Made by a program: the position numbers and the translations under genes. A stretch of DNA of 64,000 nt from Octopus sinensis (lineage: Eukaryota): the NCBI RefSeq assembly GCF_006345805.1, contig NW_021836131.1, forward strand, positions 124,001-188,000, given 5' to 3'. The first letter of the stretch is position 1, and every line of letters starts with the position of its first letter. This document shows, piece by piece, positions 16,381-28,410 of this stretch. The notes under the pieces were generated by a model. That model was not told the DNA's origin. It saw only the letters and a program-made list of their open reading frames with translations, and searched no databases.

Positions 16381-16730
16381 TCAGAAATTGACTAAATTTT
16401 AACCCAGAATACTGGAGGAAGGAGATAAAGAAATAAAAATATTTGGAGAATGAGAAAGATAGTTTGATTCAGGGAATAAGTTATTCACGAATATTTGTTG
16501 GCTTGGAGATAAATCCAGAAAGTCAGCAACAAATGTCCTCGAGAACAGTTTGGCGATCCGTCAGGCCGCTGGCCCTCCCATCGATTAATATTTTAACACT
16601 TTTTACAACACCAATAAATTTAATACAATGTTAGATCCTTATCAAACTTTAGAGGGAGTAGGTTATCTGTGTGTACTTGTATGTGCAGGAGTAATGTATT
16701 CAATTATGGACTCCTTAATGTTAAAAAGAT

Positions 16731-17789
16731 ATGCTTTCAAAGACAAAGTCAGCAAACTTATTTTACAATATATCGTTTTATTGTGCACATAAAACTATCA
16801 TGAATAGAAAATCTAGAATTTCAATGACACAAGAAAAATTTGAGACAATAAATAGATTTTATCTAGAGAAAACTACAAAAGAACTATCCAATATAACTTT
16901 ACTACATGAATCCACAATAAATAAAACAATCAAAAAAATTCAAAATTGTCAAGACGAAGCTTCATATGTGGAATTGTTTCAGAAGTCTGGACTTAAAAAG
17001 GCAAACAAATTAAGCTTGTTTTCTAAAATTCGGAATATTCTTGGAAATGACAATTCTTTAACTCAAGTGGAGCTAAAGCAAAAACTTGCCAAAAATATTT
17101 CGTTGCCACAGTTATGTCGAGACGTTAAAGAAGCAGGACTGAAAAGAAAAAGACTTAAGAAAAAATCTAATATATTATTAACAGAAAGTAATATTGGCAA
17201 AAGAATGACTTTCTCTTTAACGGTATCTGGATTTAGAACCAGAAACTTGTTATTTATGGATGAATCCGGATTTAATTTGCATACCTCAACAAATTATGGA
17301 TATGCAGAAGTAAATCATGATCCGATTCTATATCAACCTGCATCAAAGGGAAAAAATATATCGTTGTGTTCAATAATATCCATAATGGGAATAGAACTTT
17401 CTAAAATAATTGATGGTGCGTACAACACAATTATTTTTTCTGAGTTTATCAATGAATGTTTTACAAAAGGAATTTTCACTGATGATTCTGTGATAATTTT
17501 AGATAATGTTAAATTTCATCATTCTTCAAATGTTGTTAATTTTTTCGAAACACATAGTGTTGAGTATTTGTTTTTACCTCCTTATTCACCTGACTTAAAT
17601 CCTATCGAAAATGTATTTGGGACAATAAAGGCGAATCTGAATTCAATACGTCCAAGAGCTATGAATCAGAAGGCTTTAAAAGAAAACTTAAAAGATGTTA
17701 TACAATCGCTTTCTTCTAATTCAATGTTTACCGAGTACTACCGGTCATTTTGGAATAGAGTGAATGCGATTATTAACAGAATTAATTAA
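16731..17789 (+). mobile_element. Tc1/IS630-family DD34E transposase, uninterrupted ORF; TIRs not found
   Basis: 352-aa ORF with FMDESGF, IILDNVKFH and PPYSPDLNPIENVF. There are 34 residues between the second D and the E. Confidence 0.92.
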
Positions 17790-18119
17790 CATTTGTTTTT
17801 TAAATTAAAAGTTGGTCTTTGTTAATGTAACTTGAAATATACGTATACGACATACGAACATTACTACAAGAATTACTACATTATATAATTATTTATAATA
17901 TACGATATATTTATGGAATAAGAGGATTTATTTATGAAATTAGAGGATATATTGATGAAATACCCTGTATATAGGCATTTTTCAAAAATAATTTACGTTG
18001 AAAAATATAAGCCCTATTCGATTATAATAATTCGTAGCCCTAAAATGTGAATTAAATCTTGATGTTATCAATCATCATAGATTTTTAAAGTAAAGTCAAA
18101 AAATAATTTCATAATAAAT

Positions 18120-20412
18120 TCAATTTGAATCACCAAAGTTTTGAATAATAAAAGAAGATAAAAATTCATAAAATTGTGTTGCAAACCCATATTTTGCAAT
18201 CAAGCGTTCAAACGACATGGAAACAAGAGCGCTCGAAGTCAAAACAAAAACGCAAATTGATTCCAAAAAGCGCGGAGATGAAAAAGAAAGTCCAACTAAT
18301 TCAACCAAATTTTCGAGGTCATTTTCAATATTTTCAAAAATAAATTGTCCCAATTGACTTACTATATCATTATTTAAGCAATATTTATCAGCAGCCACAA
18401 ACACTTTGTACAGTCTTAAGCGATCAATACTCTCCATTCCTCCCAAAAAACATTTGGACGATAAACACCCAGTTGAAATATGAGCCAAAGCCACAATCAC
18501 TTGATACTCTTCTGCCAAATAGCACTTCCGAAATTGCATTTCTTGCATTCCAGAATTAAACAATCTTTGGAAAAATAAACTTATTTTGGATAAATCATTA
18601 AAAGAGCACGTTACAGTTCCATTCTCAGATTCTAATTCTATTGGATCATCCACGTGACAACTGTAGCGACAATTTCCAAACATAATATGACTTTTTTGAA
18701 TTTGTAGACGACTAGTGACAATATCTCCATAGATTAATTTCATGTGAATAATTGGATTTTGAAATTCCAGAGTACTCTTTCTTGGTGAATAATGAAAATG
18801 TTCGATTCCAGAAACGTCAATTCGAAGAGATTTCATAACATGTCGATAAATAATGCACAAATTAGTGAACTGGTAAAAATATTGGGCTGTAAAAATGTCA
18901 GAAAACTCCGAACGTTCGGCACAACAGAGAAAAAAATTTAGAAAAAACTTACAAAGTCCCAATGGAAGGCAAGGCGGATTAGAAATAACTATTTTCTTCA
19001 GTGTATTGAGCACTCTGATAGCTATTGGAACTTGATCGTGATCATAACGAATAGCAAAACAACATAAACAGCCTTCGATTTTTTTCGGACAAACAAAAAG
19101 TGACGATTTTGGTTTATTAGAAGGATATATATAAGAAAATGAGCATTTCATATCATCGGGGAACTCAAAAGACTCCCGAGAATTAAAATTAATTTATATA
19201 CAAATTCTTGAGACAAAAAAACTTTAGAGTCAGCATTTTTATCATAAAATATCGAGAGTAATACAACAAAATGAAACTTTGGTAAAATTTTTCTATTGTG
19301 GGCCTCAAAAAGATAGACAAGAGCCGACCAACAACTACAAATACTCATAGAAGTGCCCCAATATATTTTTAAAATATAACCAATCAATTGATCGTAAAAA
19401 TTATAAGGAAAATTGACACAATTAATGGAAGGAACGTCATCCTTCTCATCAAAAAAACACAAATCAATAGTATTCAGTGATCTAAATAGATTACAACTAT
19501 ATTCTCCTTTAAATGCAAGCAAAAGAAAAAACATAAAACATATTCTAACTAAAAAAACATTTTCAGACTCTTGAAGAGCATTATAAATACTCCCAACGAC
19601 CCCATCAGTCAGGAAATCTGTCCAACTTTGTGTCACTCCACGGCAATCAGAGCCATAATCATTATGTTCCCAATTTAAACCATAATATCTATATTTATCA
19701 TTATTTTTATTACTTTTTAATTAGTTCATTAATAATTTTGACCAATCTAATATTAATTGAATCACTACGGACAAACAAAGGTGTTAAATCAGGACAAGTT
19801 TGTATAATATGACAAGCAAATTTTTTAAATTTAATTAATTTACTATTTGATGTTTATTTTAATAATTTTACCTTAAGACTGATAGGGAGTGCCTGAGTAA
19901 ATTAGAGGAAGAATCAACTGAAATGCATAATTTGAGTATAAAATTAAAACAAGAAGTTATTCTGATAAAAAATAAATTTATATTTTTTGTAGATTTTATA
20001 AAAACCGATACAAATTTTATCAACAAAATCAAGTTTTCCTCGCCATTCCATTCGGTTATAAATTGAGCTAAAAGTAATATTTATGTATATAAATTACCTA
20101 TTTTTGAAATTAACTGTACAAGGAAATTCTATAAAAATATTAATAAAAAAGTACATTTGGTAGGATTGGGAAAATATTTTGAATTGCTTTTAAAGTTCCA
20201 GAACGTAAATGTTTTTGATCGTCTGACGAGTTGGAAAGGAATTGGAGAAATAAATCGGGACCTTGATGGACCAAGAAGGATTTTTTCGAGTTATAATCTC
20301 TGGAATATAGTTCAAGACGTTTTAAATAACAAAGCTTGATTTTTGAAGGAATTTTGGTGTTTTTTATGCATTTTAGGTACTTTTTGTATTTTTTATTCGA
20401 AAAAGTGTCCAT
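18120..20412 (-). CDS. Armadillo-like N-terminus plus C-terminal BTB domain protein (ARMC5-like)
   Basis: BTB-like C-terminus IELESENGTVTCSFNDLSKISLFFQRLFNSGMQE...AADKYCL. ORFs 20140-20463, 19148-19636 and 18120-19151 join through micro-introns, e.g. 19173-19201 (29 nt). ARMC5 is inferred from domain order only. Confidence 0.55.
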
Positions 20413-21158
20413 CAAATTAACAAACAACCCACAACAACAACTATATAGTCTCGTAATCAACAATATTTATTTTATATAGAATTCAATTTTAATTAAAAAT
20501 AAAAATTATAAATTAATTATTAAACAAATTGGGACTATTCGAAAGTAACTTAGTTGGACTGTCGATTCCAGCGTCGGAAGGTCAGGCCTGTTAAAAGATC
20601 TCCAACACCAAGGGAGATGTTGAGACAACTGAAAGCAGATATGTTATGACTGTAGATACTCGTTCTCAACATTACAAGAATCGGTTAATATTCGCCATAG
20701 ACCTGTTTGATTACAAATAACTGTTGTCAAAAAATAAGACATAATTATGCTTCTTTAAAATTAAATATGACCTTTTAGATAGTTATTTTTCCAGAATAAT
20801 ATTTCAGTTTGCTTTATCAATAATCGTGCTTGTATGTACAATATAAGTAAAGACTTAGAATATAGTTATATAAAGCCGAAAAATTTCATTTCCTAATTTA
20901 CAACTTCTATGATTTTCCACACTGCTTTTTTACCGAAAAAAATTGAAATTCTGTTTTAATTTTTTATAAACTTATTTTTCATTATTTCTACTAATTCGTT
21001 GAAAACAAAACTATTTCGGCCCCTGTTTTATAAGCAGTATTAAAAAAAACTATTTTGATCTTTATCTACTTTCTCTTCCACACGCTCAATACTAAAAAAT
21101 TACTGTTGTAAATAACTTTGTAGAATTAAATATATTTATGATCTTCCGTTGAGATTTC

Positions 21159-23198
21159 CTATTTGATTTTACACCTCGCTACAAACTTCACACACTGTTC
21201 TCTAATTGCTTCCATAGTACTGATATTTTTCATACATTTTGTTAATTCTCGGCAGAGTTCAGCAACATCCTCGTTCTATGACGATAAAAATTTCAATATT
21301 TTACTTTTCGGGAATTTTTAGTCAACTTTTTATTTTATATATTTTGTTATAAAATCATACTCTCAATGTTCTGGAGTGATTTTGAAGGACAAAAGTTGCG
21401 CACACACCACTAGCTTTGAAAGATAGTTCATATAAAAGTCGATTTGGGGGTGAATTATCCATATTAAATGAGATTGTATTTATTCTCAAATTATGTCTTC
21501 CGCTCAAGCTAGAAAGAATTTCATCGACAGACTCGTTAAAACGTCCGTCGGATAAAAGAAAAACGGTTTCTGTTGCATTGTTATATATCGCGTTCGTTAA
21601 TGGAGGTATTATATTTGTCGACCCGCCAATTTCAATAGATTTTAGCCAATTAAGAGAAAATTTGATTTCATCAGGTGTAGGGAATGTGAAATTATTTCTC
21701 CATATATGATACTTCGTGTTAAATGCAATAATATTGAAATTTTTCCCACTATTTAATATCTGCTCCTTAAGATTTAATATTAATTTGTATATATATTTAA
21801 TACGCGGAATAGTAGTTTGTACACATTTTTCATATATTCTTTCATCGAGAGAGAAATATCGACCAAAATAAATATTCGACTTTCAATTATCCTGCCAAAG
21901 TAATAATAACTCGTCTCTTTCAACCAGCGGACACCTTTGCCCCCGGGACCGTTGCTCAGTCTGCGTCCTCCCCCGGCTTCGCTTCCCGTCGGGCTGAGGA
22001 GACGAAGCGGAAGAAATACGCCTCTCTCCCACCAAATTGCCACTTTGTCCCGATTGCTGTGGAGACAAGTGGAGTGATAGGGGCGACCGGAGTGTCGCTC
22101 CTGAACGAAATTGGGAAGTGCGTCCACAAGTGCACGAAGGACCACCGCCAAATCGGCTGGCTTTACCAGAGGATATCGATCGCAATCTTGCGAGGTAACT
22201 CGCTTGCAATCCGAGGTGCAGCCACGACACTTAATTAGCTTCATATAATCACGATCAATCAAACCTTCCTTTCGTCAATTTGGCCAATTCTCTTAGCTCG
22301 CTTATTACAGAGAAGTTTATTGAATCAAACATAACAACATTAAGAACAATATTGTTTTTTAACTAATAATTATTCAGATATATGACTTAAATTAAAATCT
22401 TATCGTTAATAAAATTTGAACAGTTTTGAGATGAGTCTCCTTCAGTGAATAAATAAATTGCCTCGGTCTAAAGATTCAAATATTAAATTTAAACATTTTC
22501 ATTTGCAGCCAATTCTAATGCTTTGAAAGTGTATTCTACATTCCTTTCTGGTAAAGAATTCTTGTTCTCAATCCATTTAATAGCCTTTTCTATATTTGTT
22601 CGATTTGACTGAACTATTTCTTTTGAAAATACAATCGGTTTAGCTGCAACCCTTAAATTAATTCAAAAAATTTTACCAGATTAGATTAAATTTATTTATA
22701 TTTATTAGTTGACTTTTTATTATATCTGTGGCTACGGCTTTATATAGGTTAAATTTTTCATAAGATTGAGTTTTCACCTCAAAGACAATAATCACAAAAT
22801 TTTCAACAATTAAGCCAAAAACTCTTCGACTACCGGAATATAGCCATTCGATGCGTTTTTGATATAGTTCTTGATTTTTTTTCAATTTATTAAATAAATA
22901 TAACATTTTTTTGTTATCTCTTCGCCCGTTATATGTTCTACCGTCGATTGAACAAAAAACTTCTACAAACAAGTCTATATTGTATCGAGAACAGACTGGT
23001 TTTTTCAAAGAGTAAACATATTCCTCGCTTTTTTTGAATCCAAATTTTTTTAAGAATAAAGTCCCATGACAGCTTATTGTTGACTAACCCATATTTATGT
23101 ATCCATTTATCTGCGCTTATTTGTTCCCGAGCTTCAGGTGGCACTTTGTTACTCTTTTCTGAATTTAGCAAATCCTGGGTAATTTGTATCACATTCAT
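21159..23198 (-). pseudogene. VWA3: VWA3A/B-like von Willebrand A domain gene with apparent lesions and a retroelement insertion
   Basis: ISADKWIHKYGL, YQKRIEWLYSGSRRVFG, WLKETSYYYFGRIIESRIFILVDISLSM and IEIGGSTN...VFLLSDG. There is an apparent in-frame TAA near 22387 and frame breaks near 22265 and 21712, which may be decay or sequencing error. Confidence 0.7.
21927..22229 (+). mobile_element. 303-bp fragment of a CRE-like (RLE) non-LTR retrotransposon inserted in a VWA3 exon
   Basis: GC-rich block reading ADTFAP...KRKKYASL...FVPIAVETSG...QRISIAILRGNS, the motif order of CRE/SLACS-type endonuclease ends. Confidence 0.85.
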
Positions 23199-23403
23199 TC
23201 GATAGAATTTGTCAAATTCTAGTTATAATTATTCCAATTATTATGATTTTTGTGTTTATTTAACTATTCTTACTTGATTTATTTGTTTGATTCGTTGTAA
23301 TGTCTTTTTCATTCGAAAACTCTAACATTTGGGTTTCTATAGCACTATTTTTAAGTAATAAGAATTGTATTAAAAAATGATCAGGAAAATTTTTTAACTA
23401 ATA

Positions 23404-24430
23404 TTAAGGATGAATCGAACATTCTTTTGTAATTATATTTGACGTGCAGTATTCATTGAAAAGTTCAGGAAGTATTTTACAGCAATTTGAAAGTGAAATA
23501 AACGTTGAATGTAATAATTTACATCTATTTTTTATTCGATTTGCAAAATCAATAATCATTTCCAATCTGTGATAATATTTATCTCCCCAATTTTTTTGGA
23601 TAAATATCTTCATTGGATTCCACACCCTATGTGAAGCAATTGAAGCTTTCATTGAATTACAAATCCCCGATTCTGCTATTAAAAATACAATATACTTACG
23701 ATTGATAACTAGAGTCAACAAATTTAGAAAAGAATATTCTTCAATCATTATTGGAGGAAAAGTAACATACAATTCGTTAAAGAAAGTAATTATTTGATTT
23801 ATAAATCTCTCCATATTATCTAAAATTAGATAAATTATTCTTATTAAAAAACTGTTATTTGTAAATTTTCCTATTCCAAGAATAAGATTATCAAACTGAA
23901 TAATTTGAAGATGTGGATCAAAAGATTGATACATATAGTAAAAAAACATTTCAAAATGTCCTTAAAAATAAAATAAATACAATCAACCATTTTTTAACAA
24001 AATTTTTGGATCACTTTGATAAAACTCAATAAATTCCGAAACTTGAAACAAGTATAATAAAACTTTTTGTAAAAAGATTTCATAAGCAAATATAAAATTA
24101 TCCAACAGATGATCAGGATTCTATTTAAAAATATTTAATACGTATTTATAACTGGTTTAAATATTAAGTCATTCGCCAAAAAATTAACACGTTCATCTTC
24201 ATTTTTAGAAAATATATTGTAACAAGAGATTATCTTTATTATTAAATCGTCTAAAAATATATTATTCAAAGTCACCATTATTCAAATTAAAATATTCCTG
24301 GTTAGGAGAATATGAGTAGTCGCTTACTGATGAGATTACGGGCATGTACACAGCACATTCCAAATTATTTAACCCCAATGGTTCTGAAAAAGAATCATTT
24401 TTATCATTATCACAATTTTGAGAATAATCT
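23404..24430 (-). CDS. Unidentified protein-coding gene (181-aa exon plus probable upstream exons)
   Basis: A 546-nt ORF in very AT-rich DNA and further open stretches near 24290-24420. No motif recognised. Confidence 0.4.
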
Positions 24431-24579
24431 GTAAACTATGCAATGCTAATTTACCATGCGACATAACAACAGAGAGAGTAAATTGAATGAAATTTTATAT
24501 CGCGTAATTTATTTATTATATAAACTAATTAATTAACAAATATATATTATTGTGGTTACGAAAAAAAAAGAATTCGGTC

Positions 24580-24780
24580 AAGTGTTCGAAAGCTTCATAG
24601 ACGGGAAGCCGACCCCGTTTCCAGGAAAATATACCTTAGAGAAATTCACTTAAAGTTGAAAAAGTCTAAACAACACGGAAATCCTCTTAAAAAATCCCAG
24701 AAAATCCTCGGCGTGACTTACGATAGTCATATGTGTTTCTACCATCAAGCTGAATATGTTACAACTAGCTGTGACAAAGG
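24580..24780 (+). mobile_element. Short LINE RT fragment
   Basis: KILGVTYDSHMCFYHQ resembles the (P)K.LGV.FD..L.F..H LINE motif. Confidence 0.5.
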
Positions 24781-24931
24781 ATAAAGAAAATTTCGATTAT
24801 CTTTTAAAGTCACTTATTTGACCTGTTAATTTGTTTTTTAATCATCAAGATATTTTTTAATCAACATATTATATAATTTAATATAAAAGATATAAAGGTC
24901 AGCTACTAATAAAATATTTTATTGTTTGTTG

Positions 24932-26790
24932 ATGTACAATAAAGTCTGTCTTTATTAGTTTTGCTTTTTGTTATTAATTAAAATTATATCAAAACTAATA
25001 AAAAGAAATAAATTAAAAAGAATAGGTATTCCAAGACTGCATTTATGGACATATTGAGCTTTCCCCACTATGTGTAGCCATAATGGACACACCGGAGTTT
25101 CAAAGACTTCGCTGGCTTAAACAACTAGGTCCCAGCCACTTGGTATTCCCCTCGGCCACCCACACTAGATTCGAGCACAGCATCGGGTTGGGATTGCCTT
25201 TAATTTATGTCAAGAGTGTGCTATTTGGCAGGACAGTTCATTCGACATCTCCGGGATGTACAACCTGAACTGAATATTACTCCCTCAGATGTCACCTGTA
25301 TAGAGATTGCTGGGTTATGCCATGATTTAGGTTATTTTTACTGGCTAATATAGGCCACGGACCCCACAGTCATTGCTTTGAACGTTTCATCACCTCAACA
25401 GGAAAAAAATTCAATGTATTTTTATAATTTAAAAATACATTATTTATTAATATATATAATAAGAAAATAATCAAATTAGCATGAAAATAATTCTATAAAA
25501 ATGTTCGAATATTTAATCTCACAAAATAATCTTGGCCAAGTATTACTAACACACGGGCTGGACTCTGAGGACATTGAGTTCATAAAACTCCTAATATGCC
25601 CCTTCTCTTCCCAAAGTTTAAAAATCAGAGCCAATAAGCAATTTCTCTACCAGGTAAATGCCATTGATTAATTAAGATTGTCGCTAACCAAAATAACGGA
25701 ATTGATGTTGATAAATTGGATTATTTGGCACGTGATACATTCCATCTAAATTTACCTTTCAATGTGAACCCACTTAGACTGATTATTACTGCACGTGTAT
25801 TGACTGTTCCTGAGAAGAATATGATGATGATTTGTTTTAGAGATAAAGTAGGGTGTTTTGAGATATTTTTAGTCACTTGTGGATATTGCTACTGTTTTTA
25901 ATCACAGGATTTTGATGCATCGAGTTGTGTACCAACATCCTGCTGTTACAGCAATCAGTCAAATGTTTTTTCTATTTTTAATATTTAAAAAATATATTTA
26001 GGAAATATTATTTAATTTAATAATATCAATTTTTTTTAGGTTTTTTGATGTTTTTACTGAAATATGTAAAATTTACAAATTTCGTTGTTGCGATGGGTTC
26101 TTTTTAAACTAACATTTAAAGTTTATATCGACCAATATTGGAGTGCTTTGACGACATGGCCGCCCTATCAGCCATGACTGACGAAATATTCTCCCCATAC
26201 TTTCTTCAATATGCCCAATCATTATACCCAAATGAACAGTCAATCCAAGAACCACCTCCTTACAAACGGGCACGTGCCATTCTGAGTAGATTACAGAAAA
26301 GAGAACTCTACAAAATTGTGGCGAGTGTAGAAATTTGCCGATCCTCGAAAGTAAATTTATTTTGCAATTATTTTCCGGTTGAATTTCGATCTAAATTTGC
26401 TGATTTTATTTCCAGGGATTTGTTTCATGATTTTGACCACGTGCGTGGGCTTTACCAAACAGATTTGTTGACTTTCCATGTTTTGATTGACTGTTTAGAT
26501 TAATTTAGATTTCTTCGTTTGGTTATGGAATTGAGAGGAATCCGTTTGATTGTGTGTTTTTGTTTCGGAAATGTGATTCTATGCCATTTAAAGCTTCGGC
26601 AGAAGTATTTTGTGATTTTTTATTTTAGATCAATAAAATGTTGCCGGATAGTTTAACTGAACGTCGACTGTGTGTCATAACTAAAACATCTGATAAGAAG
26701 TCGATTTTGGCTGTAAAGGAAGCCTTTTCGTTGTTTATTGAGGAATATTTAATTGGAGAATATATTCCAGGGACGCTTATTATTTATTAA
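24932..26790 (+). CDS. SAMHD1: SAMHD1-like HD-domain dNTP triphosphohydrolase (no SAM domain seen)
   Basis: Spliced: [77 protein letters not shown]-like and [16 protein letters not shown]. The first exon (MYNK) is inferred. Confidence 0.9.
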
Positions 26791-27958
26791 CTTATTTTTG
26801 GGTTTTTTGGTTAATAAATTAAAAATCTTTGTTTTAATCCTATTAAAAGAGCGCTTGGTCACATAGATAGATTTATAGAAGGTCAGTTGATCAGTCCAAG
26901 CCTGCCAGAAATCATAATTTTCATGACATCTCAGTTCGGATATTAGAAACCACAGTAATGATGTTTGACATCGCACTTCGGATATTTGATACCAAAAAGG
27001 TGTAGATATCAAATCATAATTATAAACTGTGCAAATTTTTAATGGGAAATATTCTAAGATTAGAAATAGAACAATATATCAGATAAATTAGAATGACAGT
27101 CAACATAGATTATTTTAAAAAATAAAGCGAGAATTTCATTAAATATAATTTTTTTAATTGAATTTATGATCCTAAAGTGGACGATTATTTCAGTGTAGGT
27201 TTTATAAAATTATTTTCGTTTGATATTTAATTCCGGGATCAACATTTCTAAAGTTATTCTTAAAGGAAAATAATTATTTCATGCTAGTCTATCAGCTACT
27301 TTTAGAATCATATATTCTTTGATATCAATTTTTAACTGTTTTGCGTATATAGAAGATTAAATAGTCGTGTTTCAAATAGATACTAATGCTTCTTCAATAA
27401 TGATCTTAAAGTTAGCCATAAAATATAGAAAAATCAGATTTCTTAATATATGTTAATAAAATCGTCAGTACAACTGTAATTCACAATCTCATGAAAAAAA
27501 ATTTAAAATCACAAATATTTTAAGAACTCTTTAATTTGATTAATATAAATAATGACGGCATGACGGGAAACCGACCTTTTCTTTATATAGCCACGTTTTT
27601 GATAGAAATCTCATTACAATAAAGTAGGACCTCTTAAAGTTCTCAGAATAATACTATAATTGGTAACAGACAACAATTCAGGTTGTTATAATAAAAAGAT
27701 CCATTTAATATTAAGATTAATAAAAATAATGAATATTTAAAGTTTCTAGACTCTGCAATCTTTTCCAGAAAATAGATTTTTGAGAAAGCTCTGGGCATTG
27801 AGCTAAAATCTCTCTACCAATGCTTAAAAGAAATTGTGTATTAACAATGAAAATGTAGGACATTCTCAAAAATATTTACTTTTGTTTTGGTATTGGGACA
27901 AAATTGTCAGCAAATTTTACTATCAAAATTTCCTCAAAGTAGACAATACAATCTAAAC

Positions 27959-28410
27959 CAGGGGTTCTCAACCTTTTTAGCTCAAGGGCCAAATCGATAA
28001 TTAAGATTAGCTTCGCGGGCCGCACAAAAAATATTTTATATATTTTTATATTTTCCAAGCCGGTAACTCGCTTGCAATCCGAAGTGCAGCCACTGCTGAT
28101 GCGTAATGAGTTTTTGGATAATTAATATTTTCTGATATTAATTGAATTTTTCGTAACAGTATCATTGCTTAGTGTTAATTTTCTGGCAACGTCATGTATT
28201 GTGGTAGAACAACATTCATTGGCAAATATCTGTATTGCCTTTTTGAATAATTCTCCATCAGTATACGGCTTCATGTGTGATGCAATAAAATGACATATTT
28301 TCAACGAAGCCATTGTCACATCATTTTTGGTAGCTCCACTTTTGAAATGTCATGTTCTTTTCACATGTTCAGACTTCAAGCATAATTTTTGATAAAGGTT
28401 ATTTACAAAG
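27959..28410 (-). mobile_element. Internally deleted hAT (Charlie-type) element: terminus plus transposase N-terminal fragment
   Basis: Terminus caggggttctcaacctttt at 27959; ORF 28122-28319 with KPYTDGE and LSNDTV motifs. Confidence 0.7.

Noticed and set aside
19148-19151. ATGA stop/start overlap suggesting bacterial-style translational coupling
   Set aside because: A 29-nt GT-AG intron (19173-19201) joins the two ORFs in frame.
22380-22395. Non-standard genetic code (TAA as sense) to explain the VWA3 stop
   Set aside because: Actin, COG5, PMVK, NDUFS6, SAMHD1 and CENPJ end in TAA, and their other apparent stops fall inside micro-introns.
26915-27000. Two-copy repeat of about 42 bp (gacatc.ca.ttcggatatt.ga.acca)
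   Set aside because: Only two diverged copies, with no interpretable structure.
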